A stretch of 64,000 bases of DNA, taken from the NCBI RefSeq assembly GCF_009914755.1, contig NC_060925.1; one strand, written 5' to 3'. The notes beneath the pieces were generated by a model. It was not told where the DNA came from, made no database searches, and saw only the letters and a program-made list of their open reading frames with translations. Each line of letters opens with the position of its first letter. The stretch's first letter is position 1. A program made the translations under genes and the position numbers. Below, one piece after another: positions 36,650-49,970 of the stretch. The DNA comes from the human T2T-CHM13v2.0 reference genome, Homo sapiens.

Positions 36650-36890
36650 CATAATAACTAACATTAATTGAGCACCTACTATGTGCCAGACACTGTTCTG
36701 GCTACCCAACAGGCATTGTCTCATTGAAGCCTCAAAACAAGTCACAGAAATATAATTTTTCTCCTTTTACAGATGACAAAACTGAAGGACAGAAAGATCA
36801 ATTAAATTGCTCAGTGACATTCACTTTGTTTGGTAGTGGCATTATTGAGACTGGAACTCAGTCAAGTAGACTCTCACATGCTTAACTTTA
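36650..36890 (-). mobile_element. MIR (donor of the copy at 34084-34227)
   Basis: AATAACTAACATTAATTGAGCACCTACTATGTGCCAGACACTGT...TTTTACAGATGACAAAACTGAAG. Confidence 0.85.
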
Positions 36891-39800
36891 TGCTACTTTT
36901 GATATGGGCATACATAGACTAAGGTGTTAAATGACTTGTTCACAATCTTTCCACTACCCCTTGTTCCCTTCCCTCAGTTTGGTCAATAAGCATGGTAAAA
37001 AATCTACTCTATATCAGAAAATGTGTGGGAAGTCAGAGATTGTGATCCATAGAACATAGCAGAACTTGAGAAAATGAAGAGATATGTTTAAAAGGGTACT
37101 AATAAGTATTCAATCGAAATTAGAGTCTACAGAGCACTCTCATATTGAACTGAACAGAATTAAGGCATTAATTGTCTCACGAGAAGTACCTGCTTTATAG
37201 AAGCTTGCTAAAACATGGTGCTTCTGGTAGGGTGCAAAGTAAAATACTACATTCATGGCACAAATGAGGAAGACACTCGGTCCCACCTGTCGGACTCTCT
37301 TGCCCCTCAAGTACTACGATGTCATAGTCTTCAACTGACATTGTTACTGCTTTAGATAGCAGAGGCCTTTTATTCAAATGGAATATTAAAAGGGGAGGCC
37401 AATGTCTGAAACAGATATATGTTTTATTAGTACTCATTTCTACATTCAGCGTTATAGAAAAGTTACAATAAAGTCCACAAACAAGACCAGTTAAAATACA
37501 CCAGGATTAAATTTTGCTTCCCGTTTTCATCATTTTGCTTTTGGTTGCCCATTCCTGATAAAATCTTGAGTCACAGATAGCAGTAGTCATACATCTAACA
37601 GCTCCTGACTTCCCAAATCGAAGATTTCTTCTGTATCAGTTTAAATAGGTGTGGGAGTTTCTTTTAGCCAAAAAAAAAAAATCTGGCTTTCATTCACTGA
37701 CATATATTAGTGAGCACCTCCTATGTGCTAAGTACCCAGCAGAGTGCCAGAGTATATGACAGACAGGGTAGACATGGTCCCTTCCTTTGCAATTTTGGAG
37801 AGCGGCAACTTCTAATCTAGACTCTGCACAACAGCTAGTTTTAATTTTTCATTTCATTTTTCCAAATGCAATAGATATTAGAGGAAATTTTAAAAGAAGA
37901 ATATTTGCTAGATGAGGGTTTCAGGGAGATAAAATTCTTCTCTGCAAAGGGGGGAAATTCTCTATCTGATAGAATTTTAGAAGGGATTGAAACAATAGCA
38001 GGGAAGAATTCTGGGGAATGCAAAAGAGGGAGTATATGAACAATAAAGACTGGGATAGAGACTGCAGTGGAAGCACGAAGCTGAGAAAAGACAAAGAGGA
38101 CTAGTGGGTAGGTTCCCTCCATTCACCAAGGAGGGGTGGCAAAGTATTTTACCACCAGCGGCAGAATATGCTTAGGACCGAAACTTCTTGCTCAATTTGT
38201 TTATTTGTTTTGGTTTTTTTCTTTAGCAAAAATACTTTGGGCCTTCTTAGATGTGGAAAACTTGCCCCTGGGCAGAGCCAAGGAAAATCAAGGGGAAAGA
38301 AAAAGTTGAATTGCTCTACAAAAGGAAGTTGGAAAATTTTAAGTATTTAGGAATTGCCCAGGAGGGGACACGGGAAGGAGGAGCATGAGCAAGGTTCTGG
38401 AACAAGGTGATGCACAGAGGGGCCAGGCAATTTGGCAGGTGAAAGGTTCTCTGTGATAATAATGGCCTGTGATTTTTAAGAATAGAAATGTTTAAAATGT
38501 TATCTGCCTTGCTGTAATGTAATCCTTTGTTATTCCATATTTATTGTTGCTGTTGTTAAAATCTATTACTCACACTCTCTTGCATGTGGTATTTATAAGA
38601 AATTGAAGAAAAAAACAGGGAGGCAAGAGCATTGCCCTGAATTATTGGAAACATTAGTATGAAGTAGAAAGAGAAAAAAAAATCAGCTACAAGAGGAAAA
38701 CCACAACATCAAGAATTTGGTATAAATACACAATCTGAACAAGAGATGCCTAAGAGGGATACAACCCACCCAGTAAACCTTGGGATAATAGGGGAGGGTC
38801 AGTGTGTCTCAGGGCCGGCACGGGAGGTACTTCTACTTTAATACTGCAAAGTGTTACATAAGGCCAGAGGATTTGGAGCTGTCCATCTGGCTGACTCCCG
38901 GGTTATTTGGAGGAACATGCCATGTTGCAGCAAGAAGAAACTTTCAAGACACAAATCTAGTCCAGAGCCTTCCTTTAACAGATTTGGTCACCAAGACAAG
39001 AGAAGAGAGTGACTTGCCCGATTCCACCAAGGTGAAGGGGAAGAAAGACAACTACCAGATCTCCTGACTGTGACCCTGGCTCTCCATCCACTCGGCTCCT
39101 ATCTCTTCACAAGGGAAGACTGTGCTTTGATGATGTTTTGGGAAAGTGCTAGTGATTTAGAGTTCTCCAGCAGGCTGATTGGCTTAGCAGCTGGGAAATT
39201 CTGAATCACATCGGATGGAATGTTTTGTTTACTTCCTCCCAGCAGTGCTAAAGGGGAGAAAGAGTTTGTTCCCCCACCCCCCTCCACCCAAGTAATTTGC
39301 TGGAAGCAGTAAATAATTTCCCAGTTCATCTGATCTCCCTTCTAACCAATGTCTTCCTGTGGTAGTTGAAGAGAAAGAATATCATTTGAAATACTTGACT
39401 TATTTTCAGAAGCTAGCAAAGAGAAAGATGAATGTCTCTTCCTTAACTGTTAGAAAGCTACTATCCCTTACTGTTAGGGGCAAATTGTAACGCAGAGGTC
39501 CTATCTAGGGCAGCCAGTCCTGCCATGAATAGATGTGTGTCCAGAGATTGTTAAACCCAGACTGTAAGCAATCATATAGTTCAACAGGTCAGAAGCCCTT
39601 TCTTAAACCAAATTAAAGTCAACATTCAATAAACAAAAACTGATAAAATTGGAGCGGCTTAGATTGAAGTTAGGAGTTGAAAACATCTTAATCTTCCCCT
39701 TACCCTGCTGTAATAGTCTCTGAGACAGATCTCTAAAGAAGCAATTTGGAAATGACTAAACTAGTTCAGCTGACTCACTCTATCAATGGTGATTTCAGAA

Positions 39801-40504
39801 TGACCTTCCCTATGTCCCATGGCTAAGGAGTGGCATACCTGGACTTGAACTCAGGTCTCCTCAGGCTCAGTCCATTGACTCTTCTATAATTCACTAACAT
39901 GGTAAAATGCTGTCATGACTTATGCCTCATCTGGAACTAAGATCTCCTTGGAAGCAGAGAGTGACCGGATGAAGTTAGGCAATATGTTACTGTATCCAGT
40001 AACCAGGGAAAATTCAGTGACATTGAGTCAGAGGAAGCTGTGGTTTGACCTGACCAATATAAACAAATGTACACAAGCAAAGCAGGCGTGGAAATACATA
40101 TATTTCATGTGATTCTTGAGATAGTTAGGATGTCTGTGTCATCTGCCATTTCCTCTTTACACTGGTCCACATACAGCCCAAAGATGCCCTGCAGTCGTGA
40201 GCAGACAATACAAGCAGGAAATCATGCTGCATCAGTTATTCTTTTTGTAAAAATGTAATGGTAGGAGGTGTTCACCAGTCCACACAAAGGTAAAGAAACT
40301 AACTTTGATCTAGTGGTCACCAAGAATCACACAATCTACTATCTGTGGGCTTTTAGGGTAGTAACTTCAGTCCCCTCCTTCCCAAGGAGGAATTTACAGG
40401 GAAATGAGATTTTACACCTAGAGTCCTCAACTTCATGTCTGGGGTACAGTAAGCTTGCAATAGTACTAGTGAGTATTTTTGTTATGTAACTAGCGTAATA
40501 GTAA

Positions 40505-40690
40505 CACTTCTTACAATAACCCTGTGGGGCTTATAATGATCAGTCCTCATTTTCCAAATGAAGAAAAACTGAGGTCTGGAGAGCTTAAGTGCCTGGCCCG
40601 AAGTCATACAATCTGGAAGGGGGCAGACAGTAGATGTAAAACCAGGACCCCCTGACTCCACTGCCAGTTTGCTTTGTGCTACAGTGATTC
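40505..40690 (-). mobile_element. MIR
   Basis: AAACTGAGGTCTGGAGAGCTTAAGTGCCTGGCCCGAAGTCATACA. Confidence 0.75.
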
Positions 40691-42272
40691 CCCCAGTAAA
40701 TTTCTACTTGAGTTCCATGTCCGGGGAAAAACGTTTCTGCTAATGCATTGTCATCTGACATGTAATTTGGGTGTCTCCCTTTTCAGTTTAGTGCTAGAAA
40801 ACTTGTAACCAAATTTATTGCCCAGGTATAATACTCTAACTAATTCTGAAATAATTTATCCCTTTTCTTTCATTTATATGGGCTCTTATTTTTGATGGCC
40901 TGATTTTCATTTATTTTATGTTTGAAACATCTTACCACGTTACTCTTGGGATGTCTTTACAAAAACTGTCATCATTATCAGAAATGAGTAGAAATTCAAA
41001 CTTAATTATGTTAGAGTTGTATTAAGGGGTAAGGGGCATAAAAAGGATAAACCAAGGTTTCTGGCATCAAGAAACTTACAGATTAATTGGGGACAATAGA
41101 GCTATACATGAAAACGATGAGGCAGTAAAAAAATTCCAAGTGAGAGAGGTATGAGCAGAAAGTACCTCTGAAGAGAGAGAGATTTCTAAAATTGGAGGTT
41201 GTATTGGAAAAGACTTTCTGAAATTTGGGCTTAGATTTCCAGAAAAAGCTGGTCACGGTGGAATCCAAAAGCTAGAAGACTCTCGCTCCTCTAAGTTAAA
41301 TAAATCATTTGCTTACACATTTATTCAACACACTTTTGTTCACCTCCCTGTGCTAGACTCTGTGTTGGCACTGGGTGGTGAGTACACTAAGAATTGCCTT
41401 CGCTCTTGTAGAATATAAAGTGTAGGTTTTCAAGAAAAACATTATTAATGCTACCATGTTATATTTCTAGAAGAAAGTAGAAAGCAGGAAATACTGAAAT
41501 CAAGTGTAGTGTAAATTGTAAGCAGTCATCTCATTCTCATTTGCCAGCCCATGTAATAGTAAATTTTATTTCAAGTAAAATATTTTAGGTCCTTACGGCT
41601 TCAGTTAGATTCAACCCAAACTAGCCATTACACTGAATGAAAGATATATTCACTTAATGTCTTACTTTTATTGGGAGAAATTAACCATTCCGCTAGAATA
41701 TGTTGGAACAACCAGAAACTGTAAATCCTGTTTTTAGAGGAACACCAGGGTGGTTTCCCTAGCGGTAAGCAACCCACCTCGACACAGTCTGTCAGTTGAT
41801 TTGCTATTTGCATTGTAAGATCTTTTAAAGATCGATGAGAATAATGAGCAAGAGTGATTCCTAGGGGCCATCAACTTTCTTAGGCACTGATTCTTATTCC
41901 ATCCATCATTTTTGTTTCAGAGACTAATAACAACTAATAATTTGGAAAAGGTAACTTTTATATATTTGCCTCCAAAACCTTTTATTTTATCCATCAAGAA
42001 AAGAATGCACTTTTTCTGTGGGATGAGTTCTTTCTATCACTTTTTGAGTAATGAATATTAATCCTCGTATGCAGCAGAATCTAGTCCAGTGGAATAGCAC
42101 CATTTAAGAGTGTGTTGACCTGAATTGCAGTCCTAACCATACCACTCGATGGGTCTAGTTTTTCATCTGTCATGTGGGGATAATAATGAAAACATGATAG
42201 CTATGAAAATATAGTATAAAACATAGAATGTTTTATTGTTTTTGCCTTCCTCAGATGCATTTACTCTTTTTT

Positions 42273-44442
42273 ATTTATTTATTCTACCTTAAGTTCTGGC
42301 ATACACGTGCAGAAAGTGCAGTTTTGTTACATAGGTATACATGTGCCATGGTGATTTGCTGCACCCATCAACCCGTCATCTAGGTTTTAAGCCCCACATG
42401 CATTAGGTATTTCTACTAATGCTCTCCCTCCCCTTGCCCCCCACCCCCTAACAGGGTCCGGTGTGTGATGTTCCCCTCCCTGTGTCCATGTGTTCTCATC
42501 ATTCAACTTTCACTTATGAGTGTGAACATGCAGTGTTTTGTTTTCTGTTCCTGTGTTAGTTTGCTGAGGATGATGGCTCCCAGCTTCATCCATGTCCCTG
42601 CAAAGGACATGAGCTCATTCTTTTTCATGGTTGCATAGTATAACATGGTGTATACATACCACATTTTCTTTATCCAGTCTATCATTGATGAGCATTTCAG
42701 TTGGTTCCATGTTCCTATTTCTCCACAGCCTCGCCAGCATCTATTGTTTCTTGACATTTTAATAATCACCATTCTGACTGGTGTGAGATGGTATCTCATT
42801 GTGGTTTTGATTTCATTTCTCTAATGACCAGTGATGATGAGCTCTTTTTCATATGTTTGTTGGCTGCATAAATGTCTTCTTTTGAAAAGTGTCTGTTCAT
42901 ATCCTTTGCCCACTTTTTGATGGGGTTGTTTTTTTCTTGTAAATTTGTTTAAGTTCCTTATAGATTCTGAATATTAGACCTTTGTCAGATGGGTAGATTG
43001 CAAAAATGCTCTCCCATTCTGTATGTTGCCTGATCACTCTGATGATAGTTTCTTTTGCTGTGCAGAAGATCTTTAGTTTAATTAGATCCTATTTGTCAAT
43101 TTTCATTTTTGTTGCAATGGCTTTTGGCATTTTCATCATGAAATCTTTGCCTATGCCTATGTTCTGAATAGTATTGCCTAGGTTTTCTTCTAGGGTTTTT
43201 ATGGTTTTAGGTTTTACATTTAAGTTTTTAATCCATCTTGAGTTAATTTTTGTATAAGGTGTAAGGAAGGGGTCTGGTTTCAGTTTTCTGCATATGGCTA
43301 GCCAGTTTTCCCAACACCATTTATTAAATAGGGAATCCTTTCCCCATTGCTTGTTTTTGTCACATTTGTCGAAGATCAGATGGCTTTAGATGTGTGGTGT
43401 TATTTCTGAGGTCTCTGTTCTGTTCACTTGGTCTACATGTCTGCTTTGGTACCAGTACCATGCTGTTTTGGTTACTGTAGCCTTGTAGTATAGTTTGAAG
43501 TCAGGTAGCATGATGCCTCCAGCTTTGTTCTTTTTGCTTAGGATTGTCTTGGCTATATGAGCTCTTTTTTGGTTCCATATGGAATTTAAAGTAGTTTTTT
43601 CTGATTCTGTGAAGAATGTCAATGGTAGTTTGGTGGGAATTGCATTGAATGTATTAATTACTTTGGGTAGTATGGCCATTTTCACAATATTGATTCTTCC
43701 TATCCATGAGCATGGAATGTTTTTCCATTTGTTTGTGTCCTCTCTTATTTCCTTGAGCAGTGGTTTGTAGTTCTCCTTGAAGAGGTCCTTCATGTCCCTT
43801 GTTACCTGTATTCCTAGGTTTTTATTCTCTTTTTGCCCATTGTGAATGGGAGTTCATTTATGATTTGGCTCTCAGCTTTTCTATTGTTGGTGTATAGTAA
43901 TGCTTGTGATTTTTGCACATTGATTTTTTGTCCTGAGACTTTGCTGAAGTTGCTTACCAGCTTAAGGAGTTTTTGGGCTGAGATGATGGGGTGTTCTAAA
44001 CATAGAATCATGTCATCTGCAAACAGAGACAATTTGACTTATTTTCTTCCTATGTGAATACCCTTTATTTCTTTCTCTTGCCTGATTGCCCTGGCTTGAA
44101 CTTCCAATACTATGTTGAATAGGAGTGGTGAGAGAGGACGTCCTTGTCCTGTGCTAGTTTTCAAAGGGAATGCTTCCAGCTTTTGCCTACTTAGTATGAT
44201 ATCAGCTATTGGTTTGTCATAAATAGCTCTTATTATTTTGAGATATCCACCATGATCAAGCAGGCTTCATCCCTGGGATGCAAGGCTGGTTCAACATACG
44301 CAAATCAATAAATGTAATCCATCACATAAATAGAACCAATGACAAAAACCACATGATTATCTCAATAGATGCAGAAAAGGCCTTTGATAAAATTCAACAT
44401 CCCTTCATGTTAATAACTCTCAATAAACTAGGTATTGAGGGA
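42273..44442 (-). mobile_element. 5'-truncated L1PA (PA8-like) with 5' inversion and TSD
   Basis: ORF2 fragments in the ORF track ([16 protein letters not shown]..., [10 protein letters not shown] motif); antisense 42273-44246, sense 44247-44442 ([18 protein letters not shown]...); TSD GC(A/T)TTTACT(C/A)TTTTTT at 42257-42272 and 44443-44458. Confidence 0.95.
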
Positions 44443-44754
44443 GCTTTTACTATTTTTTAGTAATAGTATCCAAAATTTCTCTTGGGAACTAGCTGCTACC
44501 CCATATAGCACAGAGCATGTGGCACAGACCTGGCCAGTCAGAATAATAAATGATGATGCTTATGAAAAAAATAAAAAGACCTCAGCAATATGCTCAGGAA
44601 TGCAGGTATTATTCAAACTGGTTAAATAAGAATGAATTATGAGAATTGTATGGGATGAGGTACTTGATCTCTTCTCCTGAGCTTATACTTGGAAGGATAC
44701 AAGCCTGAGGCTACAGTCTCCAAATGGTGAAACTTGAGAATGAGGTACCCAGAG

Positions 44755-45790
44755 AGAAAGAGTTTTATTTTTTCCTTTTCAATGTGTATCTCTTTTATTT
44801 CCTTTTTTTGTCTTATTGCATTAGAAAGGGCTTTGGTGCAATGTTGAAAGGGAGTAGTGAGAGAGAACATCCTTGCTTTCTTTCTGATCCTGGTAGAAAA
44901 GCTGTGAGTTTCTCCCCATTAAGCATAATGCTTTGTTAGCTGTAGGTTTTTTGTAGATAGTCTTTATCAAATTGAGGTGGTTCTCCTCTATTCCTAGTTT
45001 ACTGAGATTTTTTTTTAATCAGAAATGGGTGTTGGATTTTGTCAGGTGCTTTTTCTGCATCTGTTGATTTAAGAATGTGATTTTTCTTCTTTAGCCTGTT
45101 GATGTAATGGATTATTTTAGTTTAACATTTATTTAACATATTTCAAATGTTGAACCAGCATTGCCAACCTGGTGTAATTCCCACTTGGTTGTGGTATATA
45201 ATTTTTTTATACATTGTTGGATTTGATTTGCTAATACTTTATTGAGAATTTTTACATCTGTGTTCATGAGATATATTGGTCTGTAGTTTTCTTTTCCTAC
45301 AATGTTTTTGGTTTTGTCCTCATAAATGAGTTAGTAAATATCCTTTCTTCTATTTTTTGGAAAATATTATAGAAAATTAGAAAATTTTCTTTTCTAAATA
45401 TTTGGTAAGACTAATCAATGAATCCATCCAGGCCTGGTGCATTCTGTTTTAAAAGTTATCAACTATTGATTCAATTTCTATAATAGATATAGACTTATTC
45501 AAATTGTCTGTTTCTTCTTATGTGAGGTTTGACAGATTTTGTCTTTCAAGGAATTGGTTCATTTGATCTCGGTTATCAACTTGTGGGCATAGAGAAGTTT
45601 ATCATATTCCTTAATTATCCTTTTAATGTCCATAGAATCTGTAGTAATGTCCTCTCTTTCACTTTTGATATTAGTAATTTACGATGTCTCTCTTTTTTTC
45701 TTAGCTAGCCTGGCTAGAGGCTTATAGGTTTTATTGATCTTTTCAATAAAACATTTTTTGGTTTTGTTCTATTATTATTTTTAATAGTCT
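44755..45790 (-). mobile_element. L1M ORF2 fragment
   Basis: Translates to AIRQKKEIKEIHIEKEKIKLFL; degenerate antisense L1 ORF2 motifs throughout. Confidence 0.85.
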
Positions 45791-46584
45791 TAATTTCACT
45801 ATGTGAAATGCCATCAGTGAGCATGCATAAATTCTGCCATTATCATCCTAGGAACTTTTTGAAACTTCCCCTGTTTTGTTTGGAAGTGGGGTGTAGAGGG
45901 AAAACAAAGTTGATTCCTCCATTGCTATAATCCAGGTATGCATTCCAAAGAGTACACTCAGATTCATTTGGGTCTTTCTGCACATTCCTGGGCTGTGAAC
46001 TGTGTAAAATACTTTACAATGTTAAGCATTTTCCTAAGGCACTAATAGTCAATAGACAAATGTCTTGCAGGTAAGTTAAATTTGAAGGAATTTTCATATC
46101 CTCTTCCCAACTATTTGATCTTTGTTAATAGTGTGATATCCAATAGTTTCCTATTTTAGAAATTTCATTGCCATCTATCCATCAAATCATTCATTATATA
46201 TGTATTTAGCAAATATTTACTGAGTGCCTACTGTATACCAAGCACTGTGCTAAGCACTAAGGATTTAGTATTGAGCAAAACATATGTAGTTCCCTACTGT
46301 CATGGAGCTTAGTCTTTTTGTCCTCATCACTTGCTCACCCACCATGATTCCATCCTCCATTTAAACTTGTAGTAAATTTCCAGTCTCCCAATAATTCAAT
46401 TTGAGAATTATTGCTTGGGTCTGTCATTCTGTTTCTTTGCTATTCCTGTCTCAGGTCATATCCACTTCATCTCCCCTATAAGACTGTAATTCCTGATCTC
46501 CCTGCTACCAAAGTAGCTTGACCATAGTCCACATCTCATACAGCATTTGTAAAATCATCCTCTTGGAAATAAATCTGATGATAA

Positions 46585-47210
46585 ATCTTAGTGTAACTGT
46601 GAGTGGGTCAACCAGATAAGTGCCTCCCAATGGGATGCAATATAAAGTACTCAGCACCACCTGGGAAGTATTCCTGCCCTTAACAAACTAAAGTTGAATT
46701 GGATTAGGCCTTTTAGAGTAAACTACAAGTTATAGGAAACAGAAAAGGTAGAAGAAAATGTTAAATGAAACCAAAAAGGAAGCAAACAGACAAATGGAGT
46801 ATATGAAAAGGTCCTAGGACATTACATCAGGTTTCTCCAGTAACTCAACGTTAACAAGGTGGAGGGAAGAGAAAGTGCTCTCAATTAAGATCTCTAAGAA
46901 TCATTACAACCTAGTACAACATGAGACAGTGATTGGGGTCCCAATTTGAGCAAACATACTATTAAAAAGATATGAGACATATGAATGTAGACCAGATTAA
47001 ATGATGCCAATAAAATATTTTTAATTTAGTTAGCTTAGAAAACTGATTGTGGTTGGATAAGAACAAATTCAGATGCACATATCTAGAAATGACATGAGGT
47101 GAGAGATTTGCTTTAAAATCATTCATCTTGATAATTGAGTGTTTGATGTACAGAGGGTAATTTTTATATTACTCTCCTTCATGTTTGTTTAAAGAGTAAA
47201 ATTTTTAAAA
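46585..47210 (+). mobile_element. L1MC/ME 3'-end fragment
   Basis: GGATGCAATATAAAGTACTCAGCACCACC..GAAGTATTCCTGCC; GAGATTTGCTTTAAAAT. Confidence 0.6.
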
Positions 47211-48394
47211 TTGTTCAGTCATGTAACTCTTAAAAATAATCTGCAAGTTCTCTGCTGGCTACAGAACACAATCTAAGCTCATAAGCTTGCCATTCAAGTC
47301 CCTTTATAAAATGGCCCCAAACTAGTTTTTGACCTATTTCTGCATTCCCCATGATTCTTCCTTGCTTAACATTCCTTTTCCTAAACCCACCATATGCCTT
47401 TTCATGACTCCAAGTCTTTGTGAATCCCATTCCCACTGTCCAGAATTTCCTTGCCCTTCTTCTCAGGTGACAAATGTACTCATCCCTAAAGTCATAGCAC
47501 AAAATATTTTCCATTGGGACAAACATCTTGGCCAGAATTAGTCATTTTCTTCAAGCTGCTTCTTTTTCTATGACTCACTTACAGGATTCACTACATTCTG
47601 TTGTAATTATCAAGCCAATGTCTCTCTGTCTCTGTACTCCCAGCACCACCATAGTGTCCAACAAACAAGAGGTGCATGATAATCGTCTGTCAAATGAATG
47701 CCTGCAGAGTGGATCCTTTCTCTGTGCATGTCCTCCTCATGACCTAAAGAGAGAGAAATACAGAAAGACCATTTTTCTACCTTGCATTGTTTTTCTCCTA
47801 TCCTATAAATCTCAGAGATTTGACTTCCCTAAAATGGAAAGATAATCACAGTTCTAAACTCCCAGGTGACAGAAATATGCTAATATTTCACTTGTAAACA
47901 CCACCAACAAATGGACTCTGTCATTAAGATTTAATGATTTTTAGCATAGCTGGGATTTATCTTTAGAGAAACACTGAGACTTGATTCCTTTAATGAACTT
48001 TTTTTCCCGACCCAGCAATACCTAATTTCTACCTAATTGCTTTGTGTTGATATTCAGTTTAGTTCCTTGGGTTCCTCCCCGAAATATGTCCTTATGGAGG
48101 TTGCTCCCAGGCTGTTTAGCTGCAATGCATTATGTTGTCCTTAAGTCTTGAATTCAAATGCTTGAAAACATGCACTTCCCTTTTGTTTTTTTCACTCTTA
48201 GGGACTTTGTGTATCATCAACTTATGATAGTAGTTTCAAGCTCTCTGAGTGATTTTAAGTTCATAATTTTCAGGTAAAATATAACCCACAAGACTGAATA
48301 TGCAGCCCCTACATAAAAGGGTCTCCTCTTCAGTGTGGTGCTAGGATATTTTAAAGAGCCTACAACAGAGAGAATAAAAATTTGACATGAGTCA

Positions 48395-48809
48395 TCAACT
48401 AATGAAGGACAACTACAATGCGATATATCCATAAGATGAAATATTATTCAGCAATTAAAAGGAATGAAGTACTGATACATATACATATTATAACAGGGTA
48501 AGCCTTGAAAATATTGTGTCAAGTGAAAGGACCGAGTCAGAAAAGATATATTGCATTATTCCACTTATAGTAAATGTCCAGAATAGGCAAATCTATCAAG
48601 AGAGAAAGTAGATTAATGTTTGCCTGGAGGTGGGAGGGTTGGGGGGAAATGGGGAGAGACTTCTAATTGGTGTAGGGTTTCTTCGTGGAGTGATTAAAAT
48701 GTTCCAGAATTAGATAGTAGTGATGGTTGCACAAGTCTGTGAATATACTAAAAATCATTGAATTATGCACTTACAGGATATGAATTATTTCTTAATAAAG
48801 CTGGTTTAT
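48395..48809 (+). mobile_element. L1MB-like 3' end
   Basis: ATATTATTCAGCAATTAAAAGGAATGAAGTACTGATACAT...GTGATGGTTGCACAA..TGTGAATATACTAAAAA...AATAAAGCTG. Confidence 0.85.
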
Positions 48810-49515
48810 CAGTCAGAATGGCTATTACTAAAAAGTCTAAAAATAACAGATGTTAGTGAGGTTACAGAGAAAAAGAAATGCTTATAAACTGTTTGTGGGA
48901 GTGTAAATTAGTTCAACCATTGTGGAAGACAGTCTTTCCTCAAAGACTTAAAAACAGAAATACCACTTAACCCAGCAATCTTGTTACTGGGTATATACCC
49001 AAAGGAATATAAATTATTCTATCAGAACGACACATGCACTCATATGTTTATTGCAGCACTATTCACAATAGCAAAGACATGGAATCAACCTAAATGCCCA
49101 TCAGTGGTAGACTGGATAAAGAAAAGGTGGTACATATACACTATGGAATACTATGCAGCCACAAAAAAGAAAGAGATCATGTCCTTTGCAGGAACCTGAA
49201 TGGAGCTGAAGGCCATTATCCTTCGCAAACTAATGCAGCAACAGAAAACCAAATACCGTATGCTCTCACTTATAAGTGGAAGCTAAATGAGAACACATAG
49301 ACACGCAGAGGGGAACAACATGCACTGGGGCCTATCACTGAGCAGAGGGTTGGAGGAGACAGAGGACCAGGAAAAATAACTAATGAGTACTAGGCTTAAT
49401 ACCCAGGTGATGAAAAATAATCTGTACAACAAACCCCCATGACAAAAGTTTACCTGTGTAACAAAGCTGCATGTGTACCCCTAAATGTAAAATAAAAGCT
49501 AAATTTAAAAACAAA
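48810..49515 (+). mobile_element. 5'-truncated older L1PA (PA13-like) with perfect 16-bp TSD
   Basis: ORF2 C-terminal peptide LLGIYPKEYK...WNQPKCPS; L1 3' UTR; TSD AATAAAGCTGGTTTAT at 48794-48809 and 49516-49531. Confidence 0.93.
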
Positions 49516-49554
49516 AATAAAGCTGGTTTATTTTTAAGCTTAGGCATGATAATT

Positions 49555-49970
49555 GGATACAGTATTTTTAGGGTAATGCTTGCTGGTCTATCAAACAACC
49601 CCAAACCTTATAGTGGCTTCACACTAGCACATTTGTTTCCTCATTCACATAACAATCCAATGCAGGTATTCCTGGTAGGTGAGGAGCCTCCCACGCAGTC
49701 ATTCAGAAACCCAGGTTCTTTCCATCCCTGTATCTCTAAGATCTCAGAGTCCTCTGTAATCATCTGGCAGATGGGGACAGGGAGCGGAAAGAGGCATATC
49801 TATTTCTCTACCCTCTCAGCTTGGGAGTACCCCATATCACTTCCACTCAAGTTCCACTGTGTTGTGTGGCACACCTAATTGCAAAGGCCTCTTGGAAAAG
49901 TGACTTAATTGTGTATACAGGAAGGAGAGTAAGCTGGTTTGGCAAATGGTTAGCCATTCTCTGCCGTGGT
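49555..49970 (-). mobile_element. MLT1J-like LTR
   Basis: GGGTAATGCTTGCTG..AAACAACCCCAAA...CAGTCATTCAGAAACCCAGG...CTAATTGCAAAGG. Confidence 0.65.

Noticed and set aside
38875-38894. RE1/REST-like GGAGCTGTCCATCTGGCTGA
   Set aside because: One half-site matches, but the conserved GGT of the other half has three mismatches.
42503-44460. Reverse-transcriptase-like ORFs
   Set aside because: Broken L1 ORF2 remnants, not a host gene or a novel RT system.
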